DNA from: a bacterium
GTDB taxonomy: Bacteria > Patescibacteriota > Saccharimonadia > Saccharimonadales > UBA4665
Direction of reading: 5' to 3'
DNA: 57,189 bases
NCBI GenBank assembly: GCA_021811685.1
Contig: JAJZNT010000022.1
Location: 1 to 57,189, forward strand
A program made the translations under genes and the position numbers. The notes under the pieces were generated by a model. The model saw only the letters and a program-made list of their open reading frames with translations. It was not told the DNA's origin and searched no databases. Shown here piece by piece: positions 19,591 through 30,125 of the stretch (positions are counted from its first letter, which is position 1; every line of letters starts with the position of its first letter).

Positions 19591-19853
19591 AACAGAAAGA
19601 CTGGCTAACTCTAGGAGCTGTTGCCATAGTAAGTGTTATCATCTCGCTGGTTGTTACCAATATGATATTTAATAGCTCCAGCTCAAGAAATCAGCAGGTA
19701 GATGTGGTGCCAACCATATCGTCTAGTTTTCCTAAGCCAGACCCTAATTACTTTAACAGCAGTTCTATAGACCCGATACAGCTAATAACGATTGGAAACG
19801 GCGTAAATTCCAGTCCATTCACGCAACCCACTAACCAGTCCAACCAAGGATAA
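19587..19853 (+). CDS. Small membrane protein in the pilP position
   Basis: 88 aa, single TM, ATGA-coupled to pilO. Confidence 0.6.
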   Translation: MKQKDWLTLGAVAIVSVIISLVVTNMIFNSSSSRNQQVDVVPTISSSFPKPDPNYFNSSSIDPIQLITIGNGVNSSPFTQPTNQSNQG

Positions 19854-19862
19854 ATATAATAC

Positions 19863-21662
19863 ATGAGCGTACTATCCGATACGACTCAAAAGCGGGTTGA
19901 GCAGGAGATTATTCGTGCTAAGTTAATGACGGCAGATGAACTGTCTCAGCTTAAGATTAAGGCAGAGCGGAATGGTATACCGTTCATGAGTTTACTGGTT
20001 AGCGAGGGCCATGTCAGTGACGAGCAATTCACTAAAATTATGGCCCGTATTAATGGCCAATCATACGTGAATTTAAGCAATGTGCGTGTTGATCAAGCAA
20101 TTCTGGATTTATTGCCTCAGGATATAGCCGAGCACTATATGGCGGTTCCGCTCGGGGAAATGCAGCACAAGTTAGTCGTAGCTATGCTTGATGCGCAAAA
20201 CGTTCAAGCGGTAGATTTTCTTTCTCAGCGTATTGATCGGCCACTTAAGGTGTATGCTGCCAGTGAGGAGGGCATAAAGAACGTTCTTAAGCAGTACAAG
20301 CTTAGACTATCTAAAGATGTTGTAGGAGATGTGGTAGCGGGTTCAATAGAAGAACCTGTTGCGGAGGAGAAGGGCAAAAAAGGCTCTAAGACCGAAGGCA
20401 ATATTAAAACTATAGTTCAAGACTCACCAATTTCTAAAGCCCTATCTACCATTTTGGAGTATGCTGCCACCAATAGAGCGAGTGATGTGCATATGGAGCC
20501 TACTGAGACTTCATATAAGATACGTTGCCGGGTTGACGGAGTACTAAGAGAGATATTGCAGTTGCCGAAAAGCGCAGAGCCAGCACTGGTTTCCCGGGTT
20601 AAGATCCTAGCTAACCTTAAAATAGACGAACACCGTATTCCTCAAGACGGAGAATTCACCGTTAAGGCAGCTAATAAGGCTATTGACCTTCGTATTGCCA
20701 TATCTCCGGTTATTTGGGGAGAACAGATCGTTATTCGTTTGTTAGATAAGACCGGGACTAGTCTTAAGTTAGAGGACATGGGCTATACCGGCAGAACACT
20801 TAGGGCGGTACGCAGCGCTCTAGGGCAAACCTCCGGCATGGTATTAACTTCAGGCCCCACTGGTTCTGGCAAGTCGACCTCGATGTACGCTCTGTTGCAG
20901 GAGATTAAGAATGACAAGGTCAACATTATTACCATGGAGGATCCTGTCGAGTATAAGATTGATGGGATTAATCAGATACAGGTTAATAACGATGTTGGCC
21001 TGACTTTTTCTGCAGGACTTAGATCTATTCTACGTCAAGACCCGGATATTATTATGGTCGGCGAGATCCGGGACAAGGAAACGGCAGAGCTAGCCGTTCA
21101 AGCCTCACTAACGGGGCACCTAGTGTTTAGTACACTTCACACTAATTCAGCTTCTGGCATTTTGCCGAGACTGCTAGATATGGGAGTTGAGCCCTTCTTA
21201 ATTGCTAGTACGGTTAGAACGGTCATCGGACAAAGGTTGGTGCGGAGAATAGGGGACAAAAAGCAAACTTATCAGTCCGAGGCCGCAGAAACAGCAGCTA
21301 TCAACGCTACCTTAAGTGGAATTCTGCCTACAACTAAAGAGAACCAAGACGCAATTAGTAAGGATTTAGGCTATGGCAGCTTGCCACTTCAGGTACAAAG
21401 CGCTTATACTTTAACCAGGGGAATAGACAGCGTTGATTCGCCGGATGGTTATAAAGGGCGAATTGGAATTTATGAAGCGTTTGAGGTTAGCACCAAAGTA
21501 CAGGACTTAATTTTAAAGCGTGCTACCAGCGCTGAAATCCAAGAGCTTGTTAAATCCGAGGGTATGATCAGTATGCGTGAAGACGGAATGCTTAAGGCTT
21601 TAACGGGGCATACTACAGTTAGCGAAATTAACAGAGTGGCATCAAGCGATAGCGCCGCATGA
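19863..21662 (+). CDS. pilB: Type IV pilus extension ATPase
   Basis: ASDVH.EP, RVDG, PQDG, Walker A GPTGSGKST, EDPVEY, LRQDPDIIMVGEIRD, TGHLVFSTLHTN. Confidence 0.95.
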   Translation: MSVLSDTTQKRVEQEIIRAKLMTADELSQLKIKAERNGIPFMSLLVSEGHVSDEQFTKIMARINGQSYVNLSNVRVDQAILDLLPQDIAEHYMAVPLGEMQHKLVVAMLDAQNVQAVDFLSQRIDRPLKVYAASEEGIKNVLKQYKLRLSKDVVGDVVAGSIEEPVAEEKGKKGSKTEGNIKTIVQDSPISKALSTILEYAATNRASDVHMEPTETSYKIRCRVDGVLREILQLPKSAEPALVSRVKILANLKIDEHRIPQDGEFTVKAANKAIDLRIAISPVIWGEQIVIRLLDKTGTSLKLEDMGYTGRTLRAVRSALGQTSGMVLTSGPTGSGKSTSMYALLQEIKNDKVNIITMEDPVEYKIDGINQIQVNNDVGLTFSAGLRSILRQDPDIIMVGEIRDKETAELAVQASLTGHLVFSTLHTNSASGILPRLLDMGVEPFLIASTVRTVIGQRLVRRIGDKKQTYQSEAAETAAINATLSGILPTTKENQDAISKDLGYGSLPLQVQSAYTLTRGIDSVDSPDGYKGRIGIYEAFEVSTKVQDLILKRATSAEIQELVKSEGMISMREDGMLKALTGHTTVSEINRVASSDSAA

Positions 21663-21677
21663 AGTAAAAGGGAATAT

Positions 21678-22745
21678 ATGCAGGGACAACCAAGAATTGA
21701 AGTACTCCTAGAAGAGGTCTTAAAGAAAAAAGCATCTGACTTGCATGCTCAAGTCGGTTTGCCGCCGATGATCAGGGTTGATGGAGCACTGATGCCGGTT
21801 AGCGGAGCAGATGTGCTAAACGAAGAAGGCGTAGAAGCGCTCATCTTTGCGGTGCTTGATGAAGATCAAAAACAGATTCTTCTAAAAGATAAGGAGTTTG
21901 ACTTTAGCTTTGCCTTTGGTGATTTAGCGCGCTTTAGGGTTAACGCGTTTCACGAACGTGGCAATCTGGCGGCGGCCTTTCGTTTGATTCCTAACGAAAT
22001 ACTCACGATTGAACAGTTGGGGCTGCCACCTATAGTGTCTAAATTTGCTGAGTATCCTAGGGGGTTAGTGTTAGTTACTGGACCAACCGGCTCGGGTAAG
22101 TCTACTAGCCTGGCGGCACTTATTCATAAGATAAACATGGAGCAGGCGAGACACATTATCACCATAGAGGACCCGATAGAGTACACCCATAAGTCCAAGA
22201 AATCGGTTATTGTCCAAAGGGAAGTCCACTATGATACTTACTCGTTTTCAGTAGCCCTTCGTTCGGCGCTTCGTGAAGACCCCGATGTAGTGCTTATCGG
22301 AGAGATGCGTGACCTTGAGACCATAGCCAGCGCTATAACTATTGCCGAAACCGGACACTTAGTATTCGCTACTCTGCACACCAACTCAGCCAGCCAATCG
22401 ATTGATCGAATGATTGACGTATTTCCGCCGCATCAGCAGGCGCAAATACGCGCTCAGCTATCGAACATCTTAATGGCCATTTGTTCGCAGCGCTTGATCC
22501 CGGTTATCGGTGGTGGCCGAATTGCCGCAGCAGAAATTCTGACCGCGACACCGGCAGTACGCAACATTATTCGTGAGGGTAAGAGCCATCAGCTGGACGC
22601 GGTAATCCAAACCGGCGCAGAGTACGGTATGCAGTCAATGGACCGCACGCTGGTTTCCCTCATAAAAGCCGGCACAATCAGCTTTGATGATGCTAAGGAT
22701 GTAGCGATTGACCTCGAAGAGCTTAACAGGTTAATGAGGGAGTAA
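21678..22745 (+). CDS. pilT: Type IV pilus retraction ATPase
   Basis: ASDLH, GPTGSGKSTSLA, ALREDPDVVLIGEMRD, AETGHLVFATLHTN, AVRNIIRE (AIRNLIRE-like), GMQSMD. Confidence 0.96.
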   Translation: MQGQPRIEVLLEEVLKKKASDLHAQVGLPPMIRVDGALMPVSGADVLNEEGVEALIFAVLDEDQKQILLKDKEFDFSFAFGDLARFRVNAFHERGNLAAAFRLIPNEILTIEQLGLPPIVSKFAEYPRGLVLVTGPTGSGKSTSLAALIHKINMEQARHIITIEDPIEYTHKSKKSVIVQREVHYDTYSFSVALRSALREDPDVVLIGEMRDLETIASAITIAETGHLVFATLHTNSASQSIDRMIDVFPPHQQAQIRAQLSNILMAICSQRLIPVIGGGRIAAAEILTATPAVRNIIREGKSHQLDAVIQTGAEYGMQSMDRTLVSLIKAGTISFDDAKDVAIDLEELNRLMRE

Positions 22746-22749
22746 GTAT

Positions 22750-23979
22750 ATGTTGGCTTATCAGTACACGGCCCGTAATCCCGTAACTGGGAAACGCGTT
22801 AAAGCAAAAGTTGAGGCACAAAGTGAGTCTGATGCAACAAAGCTTATACGGGGTCAGGGACTTACGCCTATTGAAATTAGGTTAGAGAGTTCAACGTTCG
22901 GAGGTTTTTCTAAACACTTAAAAAGAGTGAGAGCTAAAGACAGGGTTCTGTTTGCCAGGCAATTGTCAACTCTTATCAACGCGGGCTTGCCTCTTGTGCA
23001 GAGTCTGCGACAGGTATCCGATCAGACTACCAGTAAGCCACTGAAGGTTATTATTGATGATCTTTTATCTCAAGTTGAAGGAGGGGTGTCCTTTGCTAGT
23101 GCACTGCGTAAACACTCCGATGTTTTTAACCAGGTTTTTATAAGCCTAGTTGAAGCCGGAGAGTCATCAGGTACGCTAGATACAGCACTTGAGCGAATTG
23201 CGATTCAACAGGAAAAAGATGCCGATGTTATAAGTAAAGTACGCGGAGCCATGATATACCCGATCATAGTAGTCGTAGTAATGATAGCGGTAGTGACCTT
23301 TATGCTGGTTAAAGTTTTACCTCAAGTGCAGATGCTTTATGTGAGCTTCCCGGGAACAACACTTCCTTTACCGACTCGAATAATGCTGGATATCTCCCAC
23401 TTCGTAATTAAATATTGGTGGATAGTGCTTATACTAGTCATTGTCTTGGTGGTTGGCGGCTGGCGTTATAGCAAGTCTTCGTCGGGGGACAGGTTCTTCG
23501 ACATGTTAAAAATTCGTATGCCTCCACTTTCCGGTTTGATGCAAAAAGTATATATGGCAAGATTTGCCCGTACGGGTTCAACTTTAGTAGCTGCAGGCGT
23601 ACCCCTGCTTCAAATGCTCAACATAACCGGACAAGCAGTATCTAATGTGCTAATCCAGGATTCGATTAAGAAAGCTTCAGAAAAAGTCAAGGGGGGTAAG
23701 GCCCTGAGCGATTCATTAACCGGAGATCCAAACTTCCTGCCTCTCATTCCAAGCATGTTACACATAGGTGAGCAATCGGGCTCGCTCGAGAAGATGATGG
23801 AAAAGAGCGCAGAATACTATGAAAAAGAAGTAGATGACGCTATAAAAAATATTCAGTCTCTACTGGAGCCGGTCATGATGGTGCTTTTAGGTATAGTGGC
23901 GCTGTTTATCGTAGCAGCGGTACTATTACCGATCTACAATTTGGCAGGATCTGGAGCTATTAACCAGGGCGGAGTCTAA
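22750..23979 (+). CDS. pilC: Type IV pilus platform protein (GspF family)
   Basis: FARQLSTLINAGLPL, GESSGTLD, AMIYP, GEQSGSL, LEP. Confidence 0.95.
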   Translation: MLAYQYTARNPVTGKRVKAKVEAQSESDATKLIRGQGLTPIEIRLESSTFGGFSKHLKRVRAKDRVLFARQLSTLINAGLPLVQSLRQVSDQTTSKPLKVIIDDLLSQVEGGVSFASALRKHSDVFNQVFISLVEAGESSGTLDTALERIAIQQEKDADVISKVRGAMIYPIIVVVVMIAVVTFMLVKVLPQVQMLYVSFPGTTLPLPTRIMLDISHFVIKYWWIVLILVIVLVVGGWRYSKSSSGDRFFDMLKIRMPPLSGLMQKVYMARFARTGSTLVAAGVPLLQMLNITGQAVSNVLIQDSIKKASEKVKGGKALSDSLTGDPNFLPLIPSMLHIGEQSGSLEKMMEKSAEYYEKEVDDAIKNIQSLLEPVMMVLLGIVALFIVAAVLLPIYNLAGSGAINQGGV

Positions 23980-24069
23980 TATTGTGGATAAAACTTGCTT
24001 TTTATCTAGAATATCCCTATTATGCTTAAGCATAAGCGATGAAATTAATGCAAAGGGGGCATTTGCAAA

Positions 24070-24651
24070 ATGCTAAAGCAAATTAAAAGACAAAAAGAAG
24101 GCTTCACGATCATAGAAACGATGATAGTGTTAGCAATAGCCGGTTTAATAATGTTGATCGTGTTCTTGGCTGTTCCTGCATTACAGCGTAGCGCCAGGAA
24201 CACACAACGTAAAAACGACGTTGGAGGCATAGCCACGGCGGTAGCTAACTATATAGACAATAACGGTGGTACATTGCCAGATTCTACAGCTCCTAGCGGG
24301 TCTAGTACTACGAACGTTCTAATTGGTACGGGGTGTTCTACGGCAACAAACTCATGTACGGGTAATTCAGAAACTGTTAAGTTGGGATACTACGCACCAG
24401 GTAACGTTGTGTTTTATCCTAACGGGCCTGGCGGTACTGCAAGTCCAGCACCAGCAGCTAACGACAATATATCTGCACTTCTTTCTGCGGCAAGTGTTAC
24501 ATCAACAAATTATCAAGAGTATGTGTTAATTGTTGATGGATACGCATGTAACTCTACTAATACGGGAATAGGTAATGCCAATACTCGCACGGCAGCTGTA
24601 TTATATGCGCTAGAAGGCTCTGGAAACACTTACGAGTGTCAAGAACAATAA
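24070..24651 (+). CDS. pilA: Type IV pilin, probable major pilin
   Basis: Class III signal KEG|FTIIETMIVLAIAGLI; own upstream intergenic region and downstream hairpin. Confidence 0.88.
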   Translation: MLKQIKRQKEGFTIIETMIVLAIAGLIMLIVFLAVPALQRSARNTQRKNDVGGIATAVANYIDNNGGTLPDSTAPSGSSTTNVLIGTGCSTATNSCTGNSETVKLGYYAPGNVVFYPNGPGGTASPAPAANDNISALLSAASVTSTNYQEYVLIVDGYACNSTNTGIGNANTRTAAVLYALEGSGNTYECQEQ

Positions 24652-24675
24652 AGTAAGCGAAAATAAATCAGCAAT

Positions 24676-24712
24676 ATCACCCTCGGTATCGAAAATGAAC
24701 CGGGGGCGATAG
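24676..24712 (+). terminator. Hairpin after the pilin gene
   Basis: ATCACCCTCGGT...ACCGGGGGCGAT imperfect stem without a strong U tract. Confidence 0.4.
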
Positions 24713-24734
24713 TCTATATTAAGGATTTTATAAA

Positions 24735-25562
24735 TTGGTAGTTTTAATCTTATCTATTACGGGGTTAATATGCGGTAGCTTTGTTAATGCTCTTGTTTGG
24801 CGTATTCACGAGCAAAGCATGCTTTCAAAAAAAGATATTGCTAAAAGAAAGGAAATATCTGTTCTACGGGGCAGGTCAATGTGCCCGGGCTGCAAACATC
24901 AGCTTTCAATAGTTGATCTTATACCTGTAATTAGCTGGATCTTGCTTAAGGGGCGATGTCGTTATTGCAAGAAGACAATAAGTGTCCAATATCCCCTTGT
25001 TGAACTACTAACGGCAATACTCTTCAGTTTGTCATATATACTATGGCCAAGCTCAATTCACGGCGTAGTTATTTTTGAGTTTATTATCTGGTGCATGCTG
25101 CTAACTGGCTTTATGGCGCTTGCCGTTTACGACCTCCGCTGGTATATCTTGCCGAACCGTATAGTTTATCCTTTGTTTATTCTAGCCATATTAATATCTT
25201 TTGCTCCAATAGTGTCTCATGCTGGCATAAAATCTACCATCGTTGATGCACTTATAGGTATGGCTATAGGGGGTGGTCTGTTTTACGTATTGTTTGTTGC
25301 CTCTAACGGCTCTTGGATAGGCGGGGGCGATGTAAGGCTCGGTGGCCTTCTAGGGCTTATTGTGGGCGGTCCCTTTGCGGCTATGCTGATGCTAATGACG
25401 GCTTCCGGCGTGGGCACCCTTATAGCTGTTCCTCTTGTTATGGCGGGCAAAGCTAAACGGAACACTCGTATACCGTTTGGTCCGCTGTTAATTGTTGGGG
25501 CTATTGTTGCCGAGTTGTTCGCAGCATCCATCAAACATTGGTCCCTGCACCTTTTTTCTTAG
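24735..25562 (+). CDS. pilD: Prepilin peptidase
   Basis: GSFVN, RSMCPGC, LIPVISW..LKGRCRYC, YD, GGGD, PFGP. Confidence 0.95.
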   Translation: MVVLILSITGLICGSFVNALVWRIHEQSMLSKKDIAKRKEISVLRGRSMCPGCKHQLSIVDLIPVISWILLKGRCRYCKKTISVQYPLVELLTAILFSLSYILWPSSIHGVVIFEFIIWCMLLTGFMALAVYDLRWYILPNRIVYPLFILAILISFAPIVSHAGIKSTIVDALIGMAIGGGLFYVLFVASNGSWIGGGDVRLGGLLGLIVGGPFAAMLMLMTASGVGTLIAVPLVMAGKAKRNTRIPFGPLLIVGAIVAELFAASIKHWSLHLFS

Positions 25563-25608
25563 ATAGGCTATTAATAGAGTGTTAAGAAACGCTTATGGTA
25601 TACTGGTG

Positions 25609-26526
25609 ATGATGAAGGGTGGTCCCATGACCTCTGGCTTTACTATTATAGAGACGATGATCGTGCTGGCTGTAACGGGATTTATTTTGCTGGGCGCAAT
25701 TATAGCCATGCAGGGTAAAACCAACGAGGCGGAGTTTATCCAGGTTGCCAATAATCTTCAATCTCAACTACAGCGAACCGTAAGTAATGTAATAAATGGG
25801 TATTCGCCGCTTTTTGCCTCAAATGAAGCTTCGAGTAAAAGTACCTACAATTTTTCCTGTACTGCAATTTCAGGTGGGCCGACCGGTGGTACACTGTCAT
25901 TCTCGGGTAGTCCAAGCACAAGTACACAAGGAGCTAACCAGGGATGTACGTTTTTAGGCTACGCTTTGCAATTCTCTAACAGTTTCACATCAGGAGAGAA
26001 TTTATATACACAGTACACTATTGCAGGGGTTCAATATTGTGCAGGTGATGTATTAATTTCCGGAAGCAACAAATGTTTAAATGCCGTTTCTGTGCCGATT
26101 ACTTTATCCGAGGAGAACCCAACCGCTCTTTACCCTGCTAGTGTGGATAATGCCACACAAACCCTACCCACTAACCTAATTCAGCACAATAGTATTCAGT
26201 TCGGAGTCTATGCCAAGTCTATGTACTTCAATGATAACACAAGCAACTCAATTGGTGGTGTCGCTATGCTATTGTCGCCTAGCACTTCGTCACAACAGGT
26301 GAATCTATACGCTATAGCAAATAGTGATCTAAGTATGGACGCTCCTAACATGGCTAATTTTATAGATCAAGGCTTGCAAAACAGCTCAACTACTCCAGTT
26401 GATAACGTAGAGATATGTTTAGCTAGCGGAACCACCAATCAATCGGGTCTTATAACTATAGGTGGTGCCTCGGGGCAGCAAACCACTGTAACGTTAAATA
26501 TATATAGTAATAACTCATGTCAATAA
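25609..26526 (+). CDS. Minor pilin
   Basis: SG|FTIIETMIVLAV N-methylation motif; start at 25609 or 25612. Confidence 0.85.
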   Translation: MMKGGPMTSGFTIIETMIVLAVTGFILLGAIIAMQGKTNEAEFIQVANNLQSQLQRTVSNVINGYSPLFASNEASSKSTYNFSCTAISGGPTGGTLSFSGSPSTSTQGANQGCTFLGYALQFSNSFTSGENLYTQYTIAGVQYCAGDVLISGSNKCLNAVSVPITLSEENPTALYPASVDNATQTLPTNLIQHNSIQFGVYAKSMYFNDNTSNSIGGVAMLLSPSTSSQQVNLYAIANSDLSMDAPNMANFIDQGLQNSSTTPVDNVEICLASGTTNQSGLITIGGASGQQTTVTLNIYSNNSCQ

Positions 26527-27065
26527 GTAGCAAATTCAAACTAAACAGGGTGGGCGATACTATGGTAGAAGTGTTATTGGCCCTGTCTATTTTAGGCTTA
26601 GTTCTGGGAGGAGCTTACGTAGTATTAAATAACAGCACACTAAATGAGCGTCGGGCTCAGGAACGTGATATAGCTCTTCAGCTTGCACAGGCACAAATTG
26701 AGTCTATGAAAGAATATGCGAACGTCTCAATATCCGACCCTAATAACCCAGCTAACAACATAATCCTTGCTGGGCTAAATAAGTTTTGTATGAGTATTTC
26801 TGGAACGCCAGCGCAAGTTATCTTGAACGATACTGGTCCTGAAATTGCCACAAATTGTTATGTAGACTCTTCAGGAAATGCAGACCCAATTGGTCCTACA
26901 GAAACTCAGCCACAATTCCAGCTTATTGATCAGTTAAAGGGCACATCTCCTCCTAGCATCTGCGCTACAAACCTTAATTGTGTATATAAGGTAGAGGTTG
27001 AATGGACAGATGTAAGCGGAAACTCCCAGGATTATTTAACGCTATACTATAAGTTGTACTCATGA
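26517..27065 (+). CDS. Minor pilin (PilV-like)
   Basis: VG|DTMVEVLLALSILG; A.QLAQAQIE. Confidence 0.8.
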   Translation: MSISSKFKLNRVGDTMVEVLLALSILGLVLGGAYVVLNNSTLNERRAQERDIALQLAQAQIESMKEYANVSISDPNNPANNIILAGLNKFCMSISGTPAQVILNDTGPEIATNCYVDSSGNADPIGPTETQPQFQLIDQLKGTSPPSICATNLNCVYKVEVEWTDVSGNSQDYLTLYYKLYS

Positions 27066-27814
27066 GAATCCGTTTTCTAGGAAAATTAAATACGATAGGT
27101 AGAGTTAGCCAAAAAGGCTTTACTATTATGGAGTTAATGGTAGCTACTACGGTGTTTACGGTGATCATGTTGATTCTGACCATTGCCGTCATTCACTTTA
27201 CTAATGGATATTATAGCGGCGTAACTCAATCAACTACCCAGACCGTAGCTCGTAATATTGCTAATTCCGTAGCTCAAGCGATTCAGTTTTCTGGAGAGCA
27301 ATATATTAGTAGTGCGCCAATAAAAGGTGAAGGAGCCTACTGTGTAGGAGGAGAGCTCTTTAGCTATAAACTAGGTTTTGAACAAGAGCCAAGCTCAAAT
27401 TCTGCAAACCCGCAGAACGTATTAGTTGAATCCCCTCAGCCAGGGTGCTCTGCGACAAACATTAAAACCCTTATGAGCTATTCATCGAATTTGCCGGCAC
27501 AAGGGTTATTAGGGGAAAACATGTGGCTCTCGAATTTCACTATTTCTCCAGTAACGAGCGCCACTCTTCCTGCAGGAGGTGTTACAACTGTTAATTCCAT
27601 ACTTTATAAGATTAGCGTACGGGTCCTATACGGATCCTGTGGCCTGTTAAAGAATACCGTCACTGGAAATAGCAATATTTGTCCACCTCCTGCAGCTCCT
27701 CCAGGTTATAATGCACTGGCTGTGGGATCTAAGATATATTGCATAGGTACCACCGGATCGCAGTTTTGCGCAACCAGCGGATTAAGTAGCGTTGTTGAAG
27801 CGCGGATTCAGTAG
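27062..27814 (+). CDS. Minor pilin (PilW-like)
   Basis: KG|FTIMELMVATTVF. Confidence 0.85.
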   Translation: MRIRFLGKLNTIGRVSQKGFTIMELMVATTVFTVIMLILTIAVIHFTNGYYSGVTQSTTQTVARNIANSVAQAIQFSGEQYISSAPIKGEGAYCVGGELFSYKLGFEQEPSSNSANPQNVLVESPQPGCSATNIKTLMSYSSNLPAQGLLGENMWLSNFTISPVTSATLPAGGVTTVNSILYKISVRVLYGSCGLLKNTVTGNSNICPPPAAPPGYNALAVGSKIYCIGTTGSQFCATSGLSSVVEARIQ

Positions 27815-27833
27815 TAGAATAATATACATAACC

Positions 27834-28961
27834 ATGAGCGGTAAGCTCCAAAGATACCGGTTACATCAAAGAGAGGAGGGGTTAGCATCCTTTCTAGTTA
27901 CCGCTATTATGATAATTGTCATATCTCTAATAGTTCTTGGGTTTGGTGTTCTCGCTCGCAGAGAGAACCAGACCGCGCTAGACCGCCAGTTAAGTACGCA
28001 GGCCTATTACGCTGCCGAAAGCGGGGTAAATGACGCCATTAAGGCAATACAGGCTTACCAGGCGGCAAACCCAGCATTAGCTACCAACCCTCCTTCAAAA
28101 ACTAACTGTAGTAACACTAAAAGCGATCCCTACTTGGCGCTAAGCTCTAGTTCAAGCTTTAGCTTGTCTTCGGGGGGTAAAGCCAGTTATAGCTGCCTGT
28201 TAATCTTCACTCAGCCAAGCTCATTGGTTTATGACAGTACTACATCTAAAGTAATTAACATTCAGGATAATAGCGGCGCTAGTTTTCAAAGTTTGTCCAT
28301 AGAATGGTTAGACAGTAATTTCACAAATCAGGCGGCTTTTAATAATTGTCCCTCTAGGGGAACTTTTCCAGCCTCTTGGCCAGATAAATGTGATGCGGAC
28401 GTGCTTAGGGTTGACTTGGTACCCGCGGCGGCACTTGAAAGCGTAACTCCGCTGAAGGCGCTTGAGAGCCAGACGTTTACCGTTTTTCTATACCCAAGCA
28501 CGGCTAAAGTAGGCCCTACTATTACTTACAATCCTAGTCCAAGCGGAGAAGGAGCTATCGTATCGGCTGGTTGCATTAACACTGGCTGTAGCGCAACAAT
28601 TAATAACCTGAATCAGAACCAATATTATATGCGGGTAACAGCAATGTATGGGATTCCTCAAAACATAACCATTACTGGCCAGGACGCAAATGGTGTTGCT
28701 GACTTTAGTCATGGCCAAGCGGTAATTGACTCAACCGGAAGAGCACAGAATGAGCTAAGGAGAATTGAGGTTAGAACCACAATCAATAATCTTAATAATG
28801 GATTTTTCCCGGCCCAAGCGTTGCAATTAAAGGATTCTATCTGTAAGAGGTTTTATATAACGCCTAACGTTGGTGGTGGAGTTCCGGGTAATCCTAATCC
28901 AGGGGAGCCTAACTTTGACAGCACTGCTCTTGCTGACCCTGCAGCATGTAGCCTTATATAA
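27834..28961 (+). CDS. pilX: PilX-like minor pilin
   Basis: EEG|LASFLV lacking Glu5, QAYYAAESGVNDA. Confidence 0.82.
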   Translation: MSGKLQRYRLHQREEGLASFLVTAIMIIVISLIVLGFGVLARRENQTALDRQLSTQAYYAAESGVNDAIKAIQAYQAANPALATNPPSKTNCSNTKSDPYLALSSSSSFSLSSGGKASYSCLLIFTQPSSLVYDSTTSKVINIQDNSGASFQSLSIEWLDSNFTNQAAFNNCPSRGTFPASWPDKCDADVLRVDLVPAAALESVTPLKALESQTFTVFLYPSTAKVGPTITYNPSPSGEGAIVSAGCINTGCSATINNLNQNQYYMRVTAMYGIPQNITITGQDANGVADFSHGQAVIDSTGRAQNELRRIEVRTTINNLNNGFFPAQALQLKDSICKRFYITPNVGGGVPGNPNPGEPNFDSTALADPAACSLI

Positions 28962-29017
28962 ATTTATATATTAATGAGAGTGTTTTAAAAGACTTTCTGA
29001 TATAGAAAATCTAGTTA

Positions 29018-30058
29018 TTAGCTTCCGTGGCGTTGTGCTAAGCCAACGGCTACAGCAAATTGTCCGGATATAGCGAGGAGTTCGTTTTGTCTGTCCGCGC
29101 CATAGCTGACGTTGCGCCATGAGTTTCCTACTTCAACATTCACATTGAACTTATTAGCAATATATACAGGGAAGTCGGGAAGGGAACTGGCGTTACCGGC
29201 TACAATAATTCGGTCTAACTTAGCATCTTGGTAGCGGGTAGTGAAGAACTTTATAGACTTATCTACTTCAGACATTAACAGATCAATAGTGCCGGATATG
29301 GCGTGAAAGATCTGACCCTCAAGTTTTTCGGCATTAAGACCGAACTTAGAAACAAATTGAGTAGCCTGAGCCTCATCAATATTCAGGTTTTGGGCCGCCG
29401 CCTTAATAATCGTGTCGTATCCCGTAGAGATTGTGCGGGTAAGTCTAGGGGCGCCGTTCATAGTAATGACCAGATCGGTGGTAATGTTCCCCATATCTAG
29501 GATCATTTGCGGCTGCATTACTTCCGGCGCCGCCAGGGATCTGACCATGGCTAGATTGTCCGGTTCAAAGGCTATAACGTTAAGACCTAGTGATTCGAGC
29601 ATATCTAACCTGGTCTCAGCATAACTGTTAGATACGCTGGTAAGCAGCACCTCTACTTTAGTTTTGTCTTTAGGTGAGTCGCCGACTACTTCCCAGTCTA
29701 TTTTTGACTCGGCTATAGGAGTAGGGATTAGAGCGTCAGCCTGCAAATTAATCGCTTTTGCCATTTCGCCCTTATCTAAACGGTCAATATCCACTAGAGT
29801 AGTGAACACTCTCTGTGAAGGTAATCCAACAGCGGCATTTTTAGTCCTAATGCCCGATTTGGCAACTAGTGTTTTTACAGCTTGGGCAATATGTTGCTGA
29901 TCAGTCTTAGCATCGCTTAAGGCTATTTTGGTTTCTAGGGGCATATAGGCATATGTCTGAAGGGAATTTGAGGGATGGGCCAGCTTTACTACGCGTATTC
30001 CCCCTGTACCTATATCTAAACCAAAAAAGTCGCTAATACTGCCATCTAAGAAGCTCAT
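29018..30058 (-). CDS. pilM: Type IV pilus assembly protein PilM
   Basis: GLDIGTGGIRVV, LDMGN..T, AVAVGLA actin-like ATPase motifs. Confidence 0.93.
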   Translation of the reverse strand: MSFLDGSISDFFGLDIGTGGIRVVKLAHPSNSLQTYAYMPLETKIALSDAKTDQQHIAQAVKTLVAKSGIRTKNAAVGLPSQRVFTTLVDIDRLDKGEMAKAINLQADALIPTPIAESKIDWEVVGDSPKDKTKVEVLLTSVSNSYAETRLDMLESLGLNVIAFEPDNLAMVRSLAAPEVMQPQMILDMGNITTDLVITMNGAPRLTRTISTGYDTIIKAAAQNLNIDEAQATQFVSKFGLNAEKLEGQIFHAISGTIDLLMSEVDKSIKFFTTRYQDAKLDRIIVAGNASSLPDFPVYIANKFNVNVEVGNSWRNVSYGADRQNELLAISGQFAVAVGLAQRHGS

Positions 30059-30125
30059 AGACTAGATTATATCATAAGCGTTATTCTCTTTAGAGTATAT
30101 TTAGCTAACTTTTATCTAATAGTAG

